Positions 9,804 through 18,397 are shown, counted from the stretch's first letter. The stretch is DNA of 64,000 bases from Chthoniobacteraceae bacterium (GCA_031409335.1 JANNWY010000193.1:46408-110407), one strand, 5' to 3'. The notes: generated from the sequence alone by a model not told the origin. Translations and numbers: made by a program.

Positions 9804-11606
9804 ATGCCTATTCGCACCCTAAAGATACCAGCAACCCTCTACCGCTCGGCGACGATCGAGAGCAAAAAGGGGAAGCTCTCCATGAGCATTTCCAGTGATG
9901 CCCCCTGCCTTCGCGATGACTGGACCGGCGAAAGATATTGGGAAGTTTTAGACCATAGCCCCGGCGGATTCGCCGATACCCGCCTTCGCACTGGCTTGCC
10001 ACTCCTGTTTAATCATAACAGGGACCAACATCTAGGACGCGCGAAGGGTTTTCAATGTGACGGCCACAAAATAACTGTCACGGCCCACGTCTGGAATCGC
10101 AGTGCCTTCGCACAGGGAAAGAAGGCGGACATGGAGGCTGGGAGCCTCGTGGACACCTCCATTGGCTACACGATCTTGGACGAGGGAAAGCAAATCGGAA
10201 GGAAGGATGGACACCCAATCTATCGGTTCAAGTGGGAGCCGCATGAGCACAGCCTTGTAACCGTTCCCGCGGATAGCTCGGTCGGAGTAGGCAGAAGCCA
10301 CAATCCCGCCGAGTTCATCGAAATTTCAATTCAAGATAACCAAAACCAAAACCAAATAGATACCAACTATATGCCAGCACCTACAACACAAACCCGAGAG
10401 AGAATGAGTCACGAACAGCTTCTTGAGCATCAAAATAAGATGCGCCAAACGGTCGCCGGAATCTCGAATCCCCAGTGGCGGGAGCAAGCGTCGGGATTTA
10501 TAGACGAGGCAATTCTTAACCAGCAAACCTTCGGCGAGTTTATCGTGCGTTGTCGGGATAGCTTCAAGACCTCCAGCGTGGCGATCGACTGCGATACTTA
10601 CGGATCAAGGGACTTCTTTGAAGCCCGGAACGGCAGTCGGCGTTCAATCGGCGAGCAAATCGCGCGGCATCCCGATATGCTCCAGTTTAGCAAAGGCGGG
10701 AAGCGGGCGGTCGCGTTCGATTTGAAAAACGTCCGTGCGTTCAACGAACTCCGCCAGCGCTCCACAACTACCACGACAAACGCTGGCGTTGTCACTGAAC
10801 AAATGCCCGGCATTCAAGGGATGGCGTTTGAAACACTGACAGTCGCCGACTTGCTCATGCCGGGAGTGACTAGCGGCGGGGCTGTGTCGTTTGCGAGGGA
10901 GGACAGCTTCACAAGTGAAGCGACCACAGCGGGCGAAGCATCACTAGCCACTGAGCAGACGTTCTCTATCTCGCCAGACACGGCCCCGGTAAAGAAGGTC
11001 AGCGCGTGGACCAAGATAAGCGATGAGCTGTTGGCCGACAGCCCGGCCTGCGCGGATCAAATCGGAAACCGCTTAGGGTTTGCTGTGAACAAGGCTAGCG
11101 ACCTCCAACTGTTGTCAGGTGATGGCATGGGAACCAATATCAAGGGGATTCTCACAACCGCTGGCATCCAGACGGTTCACAAAGGAGCAGAGTCCGCGCT
11201 TGATACCATCAGGCTTGGGATTGGCGCTATTGATAGCAATTCCGATTACCGCGCAACCGGCCTTGTCATTCATCCAACGCAGTGGACAACGCTTTCTTTA
11301 ATCAAGGACACGACGGGCCGATATATCGTTGGACAGGTGTTAATGCCAAACGAGTTCGGGATCATTCTTCGCATTCCTACACTTTGGGGCCTGCCTGTCT
11401 CCGTGTCCAAATCAATGGCTACAACTTCGGTGCTGGTAGTCAGCCGCGATGCCGGGTCCGTATTCCGCAGGCAGGGGTTGAGCGTGGAAGCGAGTAACAG
11501 CAACGAGAACGACTTCCTCAAGGGCTTGATTACCATTCGCGCCACTGAGCGCCTAGCCCTTGCCATCTACAACGCAACCGGGTTCTGTGAAGTCACCGGC
11601 CTGTAG
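9804..11606 (+). CDS. fused HK97-family prohead protease + major capsid protein
   Basis: Protease motifs LLFNHN, DTSIGY and EHSLVTVPAD, then HK97 capsid motifs KKVSAWTKISDELLADS, QLLSGDG...KGIL, TLWGLPV and NDFLKGLITIRATERL. Confidence 0.92.
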   Translation: MPIRTLKIPATLYRSATIESKKGKLSMSISSDAPCLRDDWTGERYWEVLDHSPGGFADTRLRTGLPLLFNHNRDQHLGRAKGFQCDGHKITVTAHVWNRSAFAQGKKADMEAGSLVDTSIGYTILDEGKQIGRKDGHPIYRFKWEPHEHSLVTVPADSSVGVGRSHNPAEFIEISIQDNQNQNQIDTNYMPAPTTQTRERMSHEQLLEHQNKMRQTVAGISNPQWREQASGFIDEAILNQQTFGEFIVRCRDSFKTSSVAIDCDTYGSRDFFEARNGSRRSIGEQIARHPDMLQFSKGGKRAVAFDLKNVRAFNELRQRSTTTTTNAGVVTEQMPGIQGMAFETLTVADLLMPGVTSGGAVSFAREDSFTSEATTAGEASLATEQTFSISPDTAPVKKVSAWTKISDELLADSPACADQIGNRLGFAVNKASDLQLLSGDGMGTNIKGILTTAGIQTVHKGAESALDTIRLGIGAIDSNSDYRATGLVIHPTQWTTLSLIKDTTGRYIVGQVLMPNEFGIILRIPTLWGLPVSVSKSMATTSVLVVSRDAGSVFRRQGLSVEASNSNENDFLKGLITIRATERLALAIYNATGFCEVTGL

Positions 11607-11706
11607 CTTGTCCTAGGCTTTGCTCGCGCCGTTTCATCGCGAGCTTGCACCGACCGCTGGCGGTGGGGTTTACCAGCGGGCTCCCCTTCCTCGCGGATTA
11701 GGGAGC

Positions 11707-11754
11707 GGGTCCTTCCCAAAGGTGAGGGCATTAGCAGGTTCCTCGGGTGCCCTC
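11707..11754 (+). promoter_or_regulatory. putative cos packaging site (cosQ-like heptamer plus dyad)
   Basis: GGGTCCT (identical to lambda cosQ) at 11707-11713, then the dyad GAGGGCA-N17-TGCCCTC ending about 50 bp upstream of the terS-like gene. Confidence 0.55.
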
Positions 11755-11802
11755 TGTCGCCGGTTATCACACTTTCCATAGTGGCAACAGCACGTCTTTT
11801 CC

Positions 11803-12273
11803 ATGAGCCTCCTATCCATAAACCAGCTTTCCAGCCTCACCGGACACAGCCGCGAACACGTAAAACGCTCGCTGTCGGACCTGCCATTTACCGAGGGCGC
11901 GAAGGGTGCGCACCTATACGATGCAACCCGCGTCCTAACTCTCAGGCTTAACGCTCACGGCCAGCTACTTGCCACCGAGCAGGAAAGCAGACGCAGTTTG
12001 AACGAGGCTAAAAAGCGCGTCCTTGAGTTGCAGGAGCAGTCGCTTAGGAAAGAGCGAATTCCGCTCAGTGTAGTGCAGAGAATCAATTCCCGCGTCTTGG
12101 ATACAGTCGCCCACATATTAAAATCCCGGCGCGGTAAAGTTCTGGATGAGCACACCATGAAGGACCTATTCCACGAGCTATCCGCCGCCGGGGATGGGGT
12201 AGATGGCTTTGTGAATCCGCCCGCCTCCATGCCTCCCACTAAGCCAAAGAGTAAGCCACGCCGAAAGAAATGA
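11803..12273 (+). CDS. terminase small subunit (Nu1/DUF1441-like)
   Basis: N-terminal wHTH LSINQLSSLTGHSREHVKRSL...HLYD followed by the coiled coil RSLNEAKKRVLELQEQSLRKERIPLSVV; lies directly after the capsid gene. Confidence 0.7.
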   Translation: MSLLSINQLSSLTGHSREHVKRSLSDLPFTEGAKGAHLYDATRVLTLRLNAHGQLLATEQESRRSLNEAKKRVLELQEQSLRKERIPLSVVQRINSRVLDTVAHILKSRRGKVLDEHTMKDLFHELSAAGDGVDGFVNPPASMPPTKPKSKPRRKK

Positions 12274-12455
12274 GCCCGAAAGACGACCGCCGCTGCGAGC
12301 GCCTGCTCCTAAAGATGTTCGCGGAAGTCATCCGCGAAATCTTCAAAACGCCGATTCAGTGGGATTCCGAGCCATCCATTGCCAGCGCCGTTAAGCGCAG
12401 CGCACCGCCACGGCTCACGAAAGGCAAATCCAAGGGGATGGGTGCGCCCCGGTAG
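12270..12455 (+). CDS. small hypothetical protein coupled to terS
   Basis: ATGA overlap with terS; 61 aa. Confidence 0.4.
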   Translation: MSPKDDRRCERLLLKMFAEVIREIFKTPIQWDSEPSIASAVKRSAPPRLTKGKSKGMGAPR

Positions 12456-12530
12456 CAATCAAGGGCCGTGGCGGGCATCCTCGCGCAAAGCGATCATCTC
12501 AGTTCGCCCGTATTGGAGCCATGCCAGCCT

Positions 12531-12863
12531 TCACCTTGGCGGGCATTGGAAACATTCCATCACCTTGCGAAACAGCGGCAGCCTTCGCGCCGTCGAAACC
12601 ACTCCGCGCCGGGCACCGATGAACTCCCGGCGAATCACGTAGAGATGATCGCACCGAACCGCCGTTGCGTTGTCCAAACCGTCTGCTTTATCCAACACGA
12701 AATGGATCGCCTTCGGTTGGAAATTCGGGCGCACCGAGCGGCAGAAAAGCCCGTTCACTTCCGCAAAGTCCGCATTCTCAGCGCGGGCGGGATTCGAGAG
12801 AATCAGAACGGGGTGACTTCCTTCCTTCTCGAAAGGGTAGTCATAGATTTCCCATTGCCTCAC
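12531..12863 (-). CDS. PemK/MazF-like toxin
   Basis: VRQWEIYDYPF...HPVLILSN...GLDNATAVRCDHLYVI...RGVVS fits the PemK fold pattern; GTGA overlap with the upstream small ORF (alternative ATG at 12881). Confidence 0.7.
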   Translation of the reverse strand: MRQWEIYDYPFEKEGSHPVLILSNPARAENADFAEVNGLFCRSVRPNFQPKAIHFVLDKADGLDNATAVRCDHLYVIRREFIGARRGVVSTARRLPLFRKVMECFQCPPR

Positions 12864-13036
12864 CGAGCGTGCTGGCGGCATACCGCCTCACCGATGCGGT
12901 TCGCTTCCTCGATGTCCTCCGCGTCATACCGCAGCGGTGAATGAGTCGCGCCCGCTCCACGAAGCATCCGCACCGGAAGAGCGGGTTTCTTTCGCGCGAG
13001 CTTTTTGGGGGATAGTTTCGCAACGGTGGTTTTCAT
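12860..13036 (-). CDS. putative antitoxin
   Basis: 58 aa with a basic N-terminus and an acidic patch near the C-terminus; coupled to the ligase (TGATG) and the toxin (GTGA). Confidence 0.55.
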   Translation of the reverse strand: MKTTVAKLSPKKLARKKPALPVRMLRGAGATHSPLRYDAEDIEEANRIGEAVCRQHAR

Positions 13037-13632
13037 CACACGGGAACAGACCACAGGGCGTGCTGACGCGCAATCAAATCGAACTCGGCGAGATGCTGCG
13101 GCTTGAACTTCAAAAGTCCGTCCACACGTCCCGCCCGGTATGAGCGGCCCCGCCGATGGATCATCAAGCCCTCGCCTCCTTTCGACACAACACGCTCCAA
13201 CATCTGCGGGAGTGAATCCATCGACGGCAAAACTTCCATCGGCACCACTTCCGCGAATTCGCCTAGATCAAGCCGCATCATTGCCGCATGTCGCAACGCG
13301 AAATCTCCCGCCACAGTCGGCGCATCAAAGATCATCAAACGCAGTGAACGCCAGTTTCCGGCCTTGCTCGCGACCGCACGGGAGACTTCATCCCGCGCGC
13401 CACGGCCCGCCCACAGCTCGCAATCGAGAATTCGGCGGGGAAGCCCCTCGGTGAACCAATCAGGGGCATTCACGGCCTTGCCAGATCGCAGGAAAAGCCG
13501 CGTGCCAGTCCACCGAACGCGCCAGCCATCTAGCTTTTCCACGACGTAGGAGCCGGAAAGATCGCCGTCGTTTCGGTCGAAATCGAAACCGTGCATCAAC
13601 TTGTTAATGGACCTTAACATTTGTCCTGGCAT
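13036..13632 (-). CDS. ATP-dependent DNA ligase adenylation domain (LigE-like) lacking the OB domain
   Basis: Motif I EKLDG, RSG, motif III LDCEL, IIIa IFDAP, IV EGLMI and V LLKFKP, then a stop about 20 aa later. Confidence 0.8.
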   Translation of the reverse strand: MPGQMLRSINKLMHGFDFDRNDGDLSGSYVVEKLDGWRVRWTGTRLFLRSGKAVNAPDWFTEGLPRRILDCELWAGRGARDEVSRAVASKAGNWRSLRLMIFDAPTVAGDFALRHAAMMRLDLGEFAEVVPMEVLPSMDSLPQMLERVVSKGGEGLMIHRRGRSYRAGRVDGLLKFKPQHLAEFDLIARQHALWSVPV

Positions 13633-13646
13633 CGCTATTTACCGAG

Positions 13647-14789
13647 TCACGCGGCGCGGGAAATCGAGACAACCTTTCCGTCCCGCGCTGGCGCGATCTT
13701 CCAAAAAGCTGCCGCGTCTTTCGGGCGAACAAGTTCGCGATAATGACGGAAGACAATCGAAGGGCTGTTGCCCATCTCCAAAGCGAGCCGTGCCGTGTCT
13801 CCAATGACGGGCAGGCGATATGATCCAAAACTGTGACGCAGCGCGTTCTGTGGCCAGTTCTCGCGCATCCCGGCCCGGTCCCTGTCCGCCTCAAGTTTCT
13901 TCCGCGCTCCAATCGGGAGAACGGGGCCGGATGCCTTCGCGTGTGCCATCAGCCATTCCCGCAGGTTGTCGGAAATTGGAATCAGTCGGCGGCTTCCCGT
14001 CTTCGCCTTCGCGGCCTTCACTTCGATCAAGCCCGCTTCCAAATCGACTTCCGCCCAATCGAGCCTTTCGAGTTCTGCGGATCGTAGGCCGGCAAATGCA
14101 CCGATGGACCAATACGGCAGAGTTTCCGCGCTCGCCGATTCGAGAAGCCGCGCCGTCTGCGCGACCGTCAGAATCCCAATCTCGCCGGATCGCTCCTTTG
14201 CCCGCTCCACGTCCTCAATCGGATTGCGCTCGGCGTAACCCTGTCGCCGGGCAAAGCTGAAAAGCGTTCCGAGACGGCTGCGCGTCGTGTAGCGGGAAAC
14301 CGCTCCAACGGAGAGCCCGCGAAGCCAGTCATGAACTTCTTTCGCTGTGATGTCCGCCACCATGCGCTCGCCAAACGTCCGCGCGAACGCATCGAACTTT
14401 AGCCGGATGTCCCGCAGATAGTCCGCGCTCGCACCATCGGCCTTGCGAGTCGCCAGCACTTCCGCCGCAACGTCGGAAAACGAGCGGCTTCCCGTCACCC
14501 GTCGCAAGTGCGCCGCGAAAAACTCCGCCGCATCCAAAATCGTTTTGCCAAACGGTGCCACGATCGCATCGGCCTTTTTTGCCAGAACGCGCAACTCGGT
14601 TGGAAATTCCGCGCCCTCCGTTCCCTGATTGATCGTCTCAATCGTCTTTTGTTGAGCGAACGTCTCTGCCTCCTTTTTCGTTCCGAAAAACCGCCGGGCT
14701 CGTTTCCCGTCATCCTTGAAATTGACGACGAACTTGAGCAAGGGCCGGTTGGAATCGGCGTATGAGCGAATCTTGAATTGGGTTCTCAT
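13647..14789 (-). CDS. int: tyrosine recombinase / integrase
   Basis: AGLRSAEL (Arg), KAKTG (Lys), NALRHSF, MGNS and FRHY (Tyr); adjacent to the att/tRNA. Confidence 0.95.
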   Translation of the reverse strand: MRTQFKIRSYADSNRPLLKFVVNFKDDGKRARRFFGTKKEAETFAQQKTIETINQGTEGAEFPTELRVLAKKADAIVAPFGKTILDAAEFFAAHLRRVTGSRSFSDVAAEVLATRKADGASADYLRDIRLKFDAFARTFGERMVADITAKEVHDWLRGLSVGAVSRYTTRSRLGTLFSFARRQGYAERNPIEDVERAKERSGEIGILTVAQTARLLESASAETLPYWSIGAFAGLRSAELERLDWAEVDLEAGLIEVKAAKAKTGSRRLIPISDNLREWLMAHAKASGPVLPIGARKKLEADRDRAGMRENWPQNALRHSFGSYRLPVIGDTARLALEMGNSPSIVFRHYRELVRPKDAAAFWKIAPARDGKVVSISRAA

Positions 14790-14932
14790 GTGGCGACCGT
14801 TGCCATCTGTTGCCATTTTTTCAACGAAAAACGCGCAAAAATGAGGATTTACCCGTCAGCATGAGTCACAGCGTTTTTTACCTCCAATCGCCCGCGCCCC
14901 CTGTATTTATGCGGTTTCCAGAGTAATTGAGA

Positions 14933-15007
14933 TGGTGCGCGGTACAGGGTTCGAACCTGTGACCCCTACCGTGTCAAGGTAATGCTCTACCACTGAGCTA
15001 ACCGCGC
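14933..15007 (-). tRNA. tRNA-Val(GAC)
   Basis: GCGCGGTTAGCTCAGTGGTAGAGCATTACCTTGACACGGTAGGGGTCACAGGTTCGAACCCTGTACCGCGCACCA folds as a cloverleaf with anticodon GAC and an encoded CCA. Confidence 0.97.
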
Positions 15008-15218
15008 GTTTTAACGAGCGGAACGAATAGGCAACGCGGAGGCGGCTGGCAAGGGGAGTTTTTGACGCTGCTCCGAATTTTGCCGCGATCGAATTTTGTG
15101 GCGATCCGAACGGAGAGTGCGTTGCAGGTTGCGTTGGCTGAAAGTGCGATTTAATCGTGGAAATGCGTTTGCGTCTCCCCGCTTCCATCCGGATTCCGCC
15201 TGTTCCGTTTTTGTTGTT

Positions 15219-17711
15219 TTGAAAAAGTTTATCTTCGTTTTCATCGTGGTCGGTTTCGCTGCGGCGCGCGCGTCAAATGTGATGCTGGTGCCGCTCGGGG
15301 CGGACTGGCGTTTTTTCGCGACGGGCGAGGCGGCGGCGGCGAATTGGGCGGTGTCGGGATTCGATGATTCGGGGTGGACGAATGGGATCGCGAAAATCGG
15401 AATCGGTCACGCCGATCACGCGACCAGACTGCCGCCGCCGATCGTGGCACCGCGAATGACCGTGTATTTTCGCCGTCAATTCACGCTGCCATCGAGTCCG
15501 TCGGAATATACGGCGCTGCTCGCGCGGATGGTCTGCGATGCAGGCGCGGTGATTTATCTCAATGGCGTGGAAGCGGGGCGCGTCGGGATGCCGGCGGGGG
15601 CGGTCTCGGCCGCAACGCCAGCGAGCGCCGAGCCTTTGTTTCCGCAAGAAGGTTCGTTGCGCACGGTGCCGATCGCTGGCGCGGCGCTTGCCGCTGGCAC
15701 GAACACGATCGCGGTCGAATTGCACGCTTCCTCGAGTTTCGATTTCGATCTCGATTTTGACATGGAACTGATCGCCAGCCGCAACGTGACGCCCGCGTTC
15801 GTGGTGCGCGGACCTTACCTTCAAAATGGCACGCCGACTGCCGTGACCGTGCGCTGGCGGACCGATGTGCCGACGTCCACTCGAGTCCGCGCCGGGGTTC
15901 TCACCGCTGATCTCAATCTCTCCGCATCGGACACCACGCCGACCATCGAACACGAGGTGCGACTCACCGGGCTTCAGCCCGACACGCGCTATTTTTATGC
16001 GATCGACGATGGCGCGGAGCTGATCGAGGGGCCCGGCGCGCAGTGGCAATTCCGCACGCCGCCCGCCGTGGCGACAGTGAAGCCAGTGCGCGTATGGGTG
16101 CTGGGCGATTGCGGCACGGGGCGGTCGGGGACTGGACGGGCCGAGGCTGCCCGCGATGGCTACCTCCATTCGCCGCAATACCAGCCGCCGGATGTGTGGT
16201 TGATGCTGGGCGACAATGCCTACGGAATCGGTGCCGATGATGAATATCAAAACGCGGTCTTCGACACCTATCGCTCGACGCTGCGCAGCTCCATCCTCTG
16301 GTCCACTTTGGGCAACCATGAAACTTACAGCGCGGGCATTCCCTATTTCTCGATGTTCACCTTTCCGACGGATGGTGAAGCAGGCGGCGTGGCTTCGGGC
16401 ACCGAGTATTATTACTCCTTCGACTACGCGAATATCCACTTCGTGTGTCTCGACTCGATGGAATCCGCACGCACCGCGCCCTCCGCGATGCTCTCGTGGC
16501 TGGAGGCGGATCTGGCGTCCACGTCCCAGCAGTGGATCGTCGCGTTCTGGCATCATCCGCCTTATTCGAAAGGAACCCACGACTCCGATTTCGAAATCGA
16601 ACTGATCGAGATGCGGGAAAATGCGCTGCCGATTCTGGAGGAATACGGCGTCGATCTCGTGCTGTGCGGGCACAGCCATGTGTATGAACGTTCCCATCTC
16701 CTAGACGGACACTACGGCTACTCGTGGAACCTCAATCCGGCATCCATCAAGGACGCTGGCAGCGGACGCGCGGACGAGCCCGGCGGCGCGTATGGCAAGG
16801 ATCCCGGACCGCACAATGGCACGGTGTATTGCGTCGCCGGTTCCGCGGGGCAGCCAGGCGGCGGCTCGCTCGATCATCCGGTGATGTTTCTGTCGTTGGG
16901 CGAACTTGGTTCGTTGATTTTTGATGTGAATGGCGACCGTCTCGACGCGAAGTTTATCAATCATCAAGGCGTGATTCGGGACTACTTCACGCTGTCAAAG
17001 GCGCCGCTGGTGACGCTCTCCGCGCCACAGCCATCGCTGCGGGAAGGCATCGGCGGCCCGGCGCAGGTCCGCCTTTTTCGCGATCGCGAAATGGATCGCG
17101 CCATCGCGGTGCAGCTTTCGCTCGCGGGCTCGGCGACGGCGGGCAGCGACTACGGCGCGCCGCTGCTGCCAGCGGTGATTCCCGCCGGCCAGCAGACGCT
17201 CGATTTGTTCCTCGCCGCATTTACCGACACGATCGCGGAAGGCTCCGAGACCATTTCCGTCACGCTGGAGGAAGACAGCGCCTACCGGCTGCCGAAGGTC
17301 GTTCGCAGTATCACGCTGTCCCTTGCAGACCGTCCGGTCGATGCGTGGCGTTTTGAAAAATTTGGCATTCAGGCGAATGATCCCGGCATCGCGGGAGATG
17401 CGGCGGATGCCGACGCGGACGGCCAAACCAACTTTTCCGAGTATCTTGCCGGCACGGAACCACGCGACGGTGCGAGCCAGTTTGCAGCGGCGGTGGCGCG
17501 AAATGCCGCCGGTCAATTCGTGGTTCGTTTCCTGGCGCGAAAAGGCCGGGGCTACACCGTGCTTCACCGCGCGGCATTCACCGCGGGCGACTGGCAGATT
17601 CTCGCGACGATTCCCCCGCCTGCGGCGAATCAGATCATCGAAATCCCAGACCCTTCCGCGGCGATTTCACCGCAGCGTTTTTACAAAGTGACGACGTCCG
17701 GTCCGCCGTGA
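15219..17711 (+). CDS. secreted purple-acid-phosphatase-like metallophosphoesterase with FN3-like and Calx-beta-like domains
   Basis: Signal peptide from a probable TTG start; GDCG, GDNAY, GNHE, HHPPY and GHSH motifs; C-terminal DADADGQTNFSEYLAGTEP repeat. Confidence 0.85.
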   Translation: MKKFIFVFIVVGFAAARASNVMLVPLGADWRFFATGEAAAANWAVSGFDDSGWTNGIAKIGIGHADHATRLPPPIVAPRMTVYFRRQFTLPSSPSEYTALLARMVCDAGAVIYLNGVEAGRVGMPAGAVSAATPASAEPLFPQEGSLRTVPIAGAALAAGTNTIAVELHASSSFDFDLDFDMELIASRNVTPAFVVRGPYLQNGTPTAVTVRWRTDVPTSTRVRAGVLTADLNLSASDTTPTIEHEVRLTGLQPDTRYFYAIDDGAELIEGPGAQWQFRTPPAVATVKPVRVWVLGDCGTGRSGTGRAEAARDGYLHSPQYQPPDVWLMLGDNAYGIGADDEYQNAVFDTYRSTLRSSILWSTLGNHETYSAGIPYFSMFTFPTDGEAGGVASGTEYYYSFDYANIHFVCLDSMESARTAPSAMLSWLEADLASTSQQWIVAFWHHPPYSKGTHDSDFEIELIEMRENALPILEEYGVDLVLCGHSHVYERSHLLDGHYGYSWNLNPASIKDAGSGRADEPGGAYGKDPGPHNGTVYCVAGSAGQPGGGSLDHPVMFLSLGELGSLIFDVNGDRLDAKFINHQGVIRDYFTLSKAPLVTLSAPQPSLREGIGGPAQVRLFRDREMDRAIAVQLSLAGSATAGSDYGAPLLPAVIPAGQQTLDLFLAAFTDTIAEGSETISVTLEEDSAYRLPKVVRSITLSLADRPVDAWRFEKFGIQANDPGIAGDAADADADGQTNFSEYLAGTEPRDGASQFAAAVARNAAGQFVVRFLARKGRGYTVLHRAAFTAGDWQILATIPPPAANQIIEIPDPSAAISPQRFYKVTTSGPP

Positions 17712-17749
17712 AGTTTGCCTCCGGCGGCTCCGCCTCGTACGTTCCCGAA

Positions 17750-18397
17750 ATGAAGTTTCGCCTTCCGTTCTTCCTGCTTGCCGTGCTGGTGATTGGGCTC
17801 GCGACATACTTGATCCGGAACGATTTCAACGGACCCGTTGAACCGCCGATTTCTGACAGCGGCCCTCCGATCGAGGAGCAATTGCGGGACGCGATCCGAG
17901 TTCCCGCAGCCACTGAAATGTCGGTGACCGTCGTTGAAAAAGAGGAGCCCGCGTCTGGCCCAACGCTGGAACTTTCGCGCGGCAAACTCGCGTGGGAAGC
18001 GACGATCGAAAGCGTCACGAACGCACAAGGCGTGAGCGACGCTGAGAAGGCGCGGCGATTGTTTGCGATGGTCGCGACCCTGCCGGAACCGGCGATGACC
18101 ACCGCCACCGAGGAAGCAGTGAAGCGTCTGCCCGATGCGGACTACGACGCGGTCGCGCTGCCGCTGATCGCGAATCCGCAGACGCATGGACTCGTCGAGA
18201 GTGTGCTGTTCGACGATGTGATGCGGCGACCCGATGCGATCGCGCTTCCGGCGCTGTTGCTAGTCGCGCGCGTTCCGAATCATCCATACGCAAAATTCGC
18301 GCGCGAAAATCTCGATCTGCTCATCGGCGAGGACTTCGGCGTGGATTGGCCGAAGTGGGAAATCGCGGTGAAAAACGCGCTGGCGGCGGAGAAGTGA
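17750..18397 (+). CDS. hypothetical membrane-anchored protein
   Basis: N-terminal TM helix, helical body, host-like codon usage. Confidence 0.65.
   Translation: MKFRLPFFLLAVLVIGLATYLIRNDFNGPVEPPISDSGPPIEEQLRDAIRVPAATEMSVTVVEKEEPASGPTLELSRGKLAWEATIESVTNAQGVSDAEKARRLFAMVATLPEPAMTTATEEAVKRLPDADYDAVALPLIANPQTHGLVESVLFDDVMRRPDAIALPALLLVARVPNHPYAKFARENLDLLIGEDFGVDWPKWEIAVKNALAAEK

Larger units (their letters stand above)
6537..14980. mobile_element. tRNA-Val-integrated phage satellite / PICI-like element (8,394 bp att-to-att)
   Basis: att direct repeats, integrase, repressor/xis switch, rep, protease-capsid and terS; visibly less GC-rich than flanking DNA; no portal, large terminase or tail genes recognised. 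Confidence 0.88.

Noticed and set aside
6537..14980. Complete prophage or encapsulin locus
   Set aside because: Too small and lacks portal, TerL, tail and lysis genes; the protease, TerS and integrase context argues against an encapsulin
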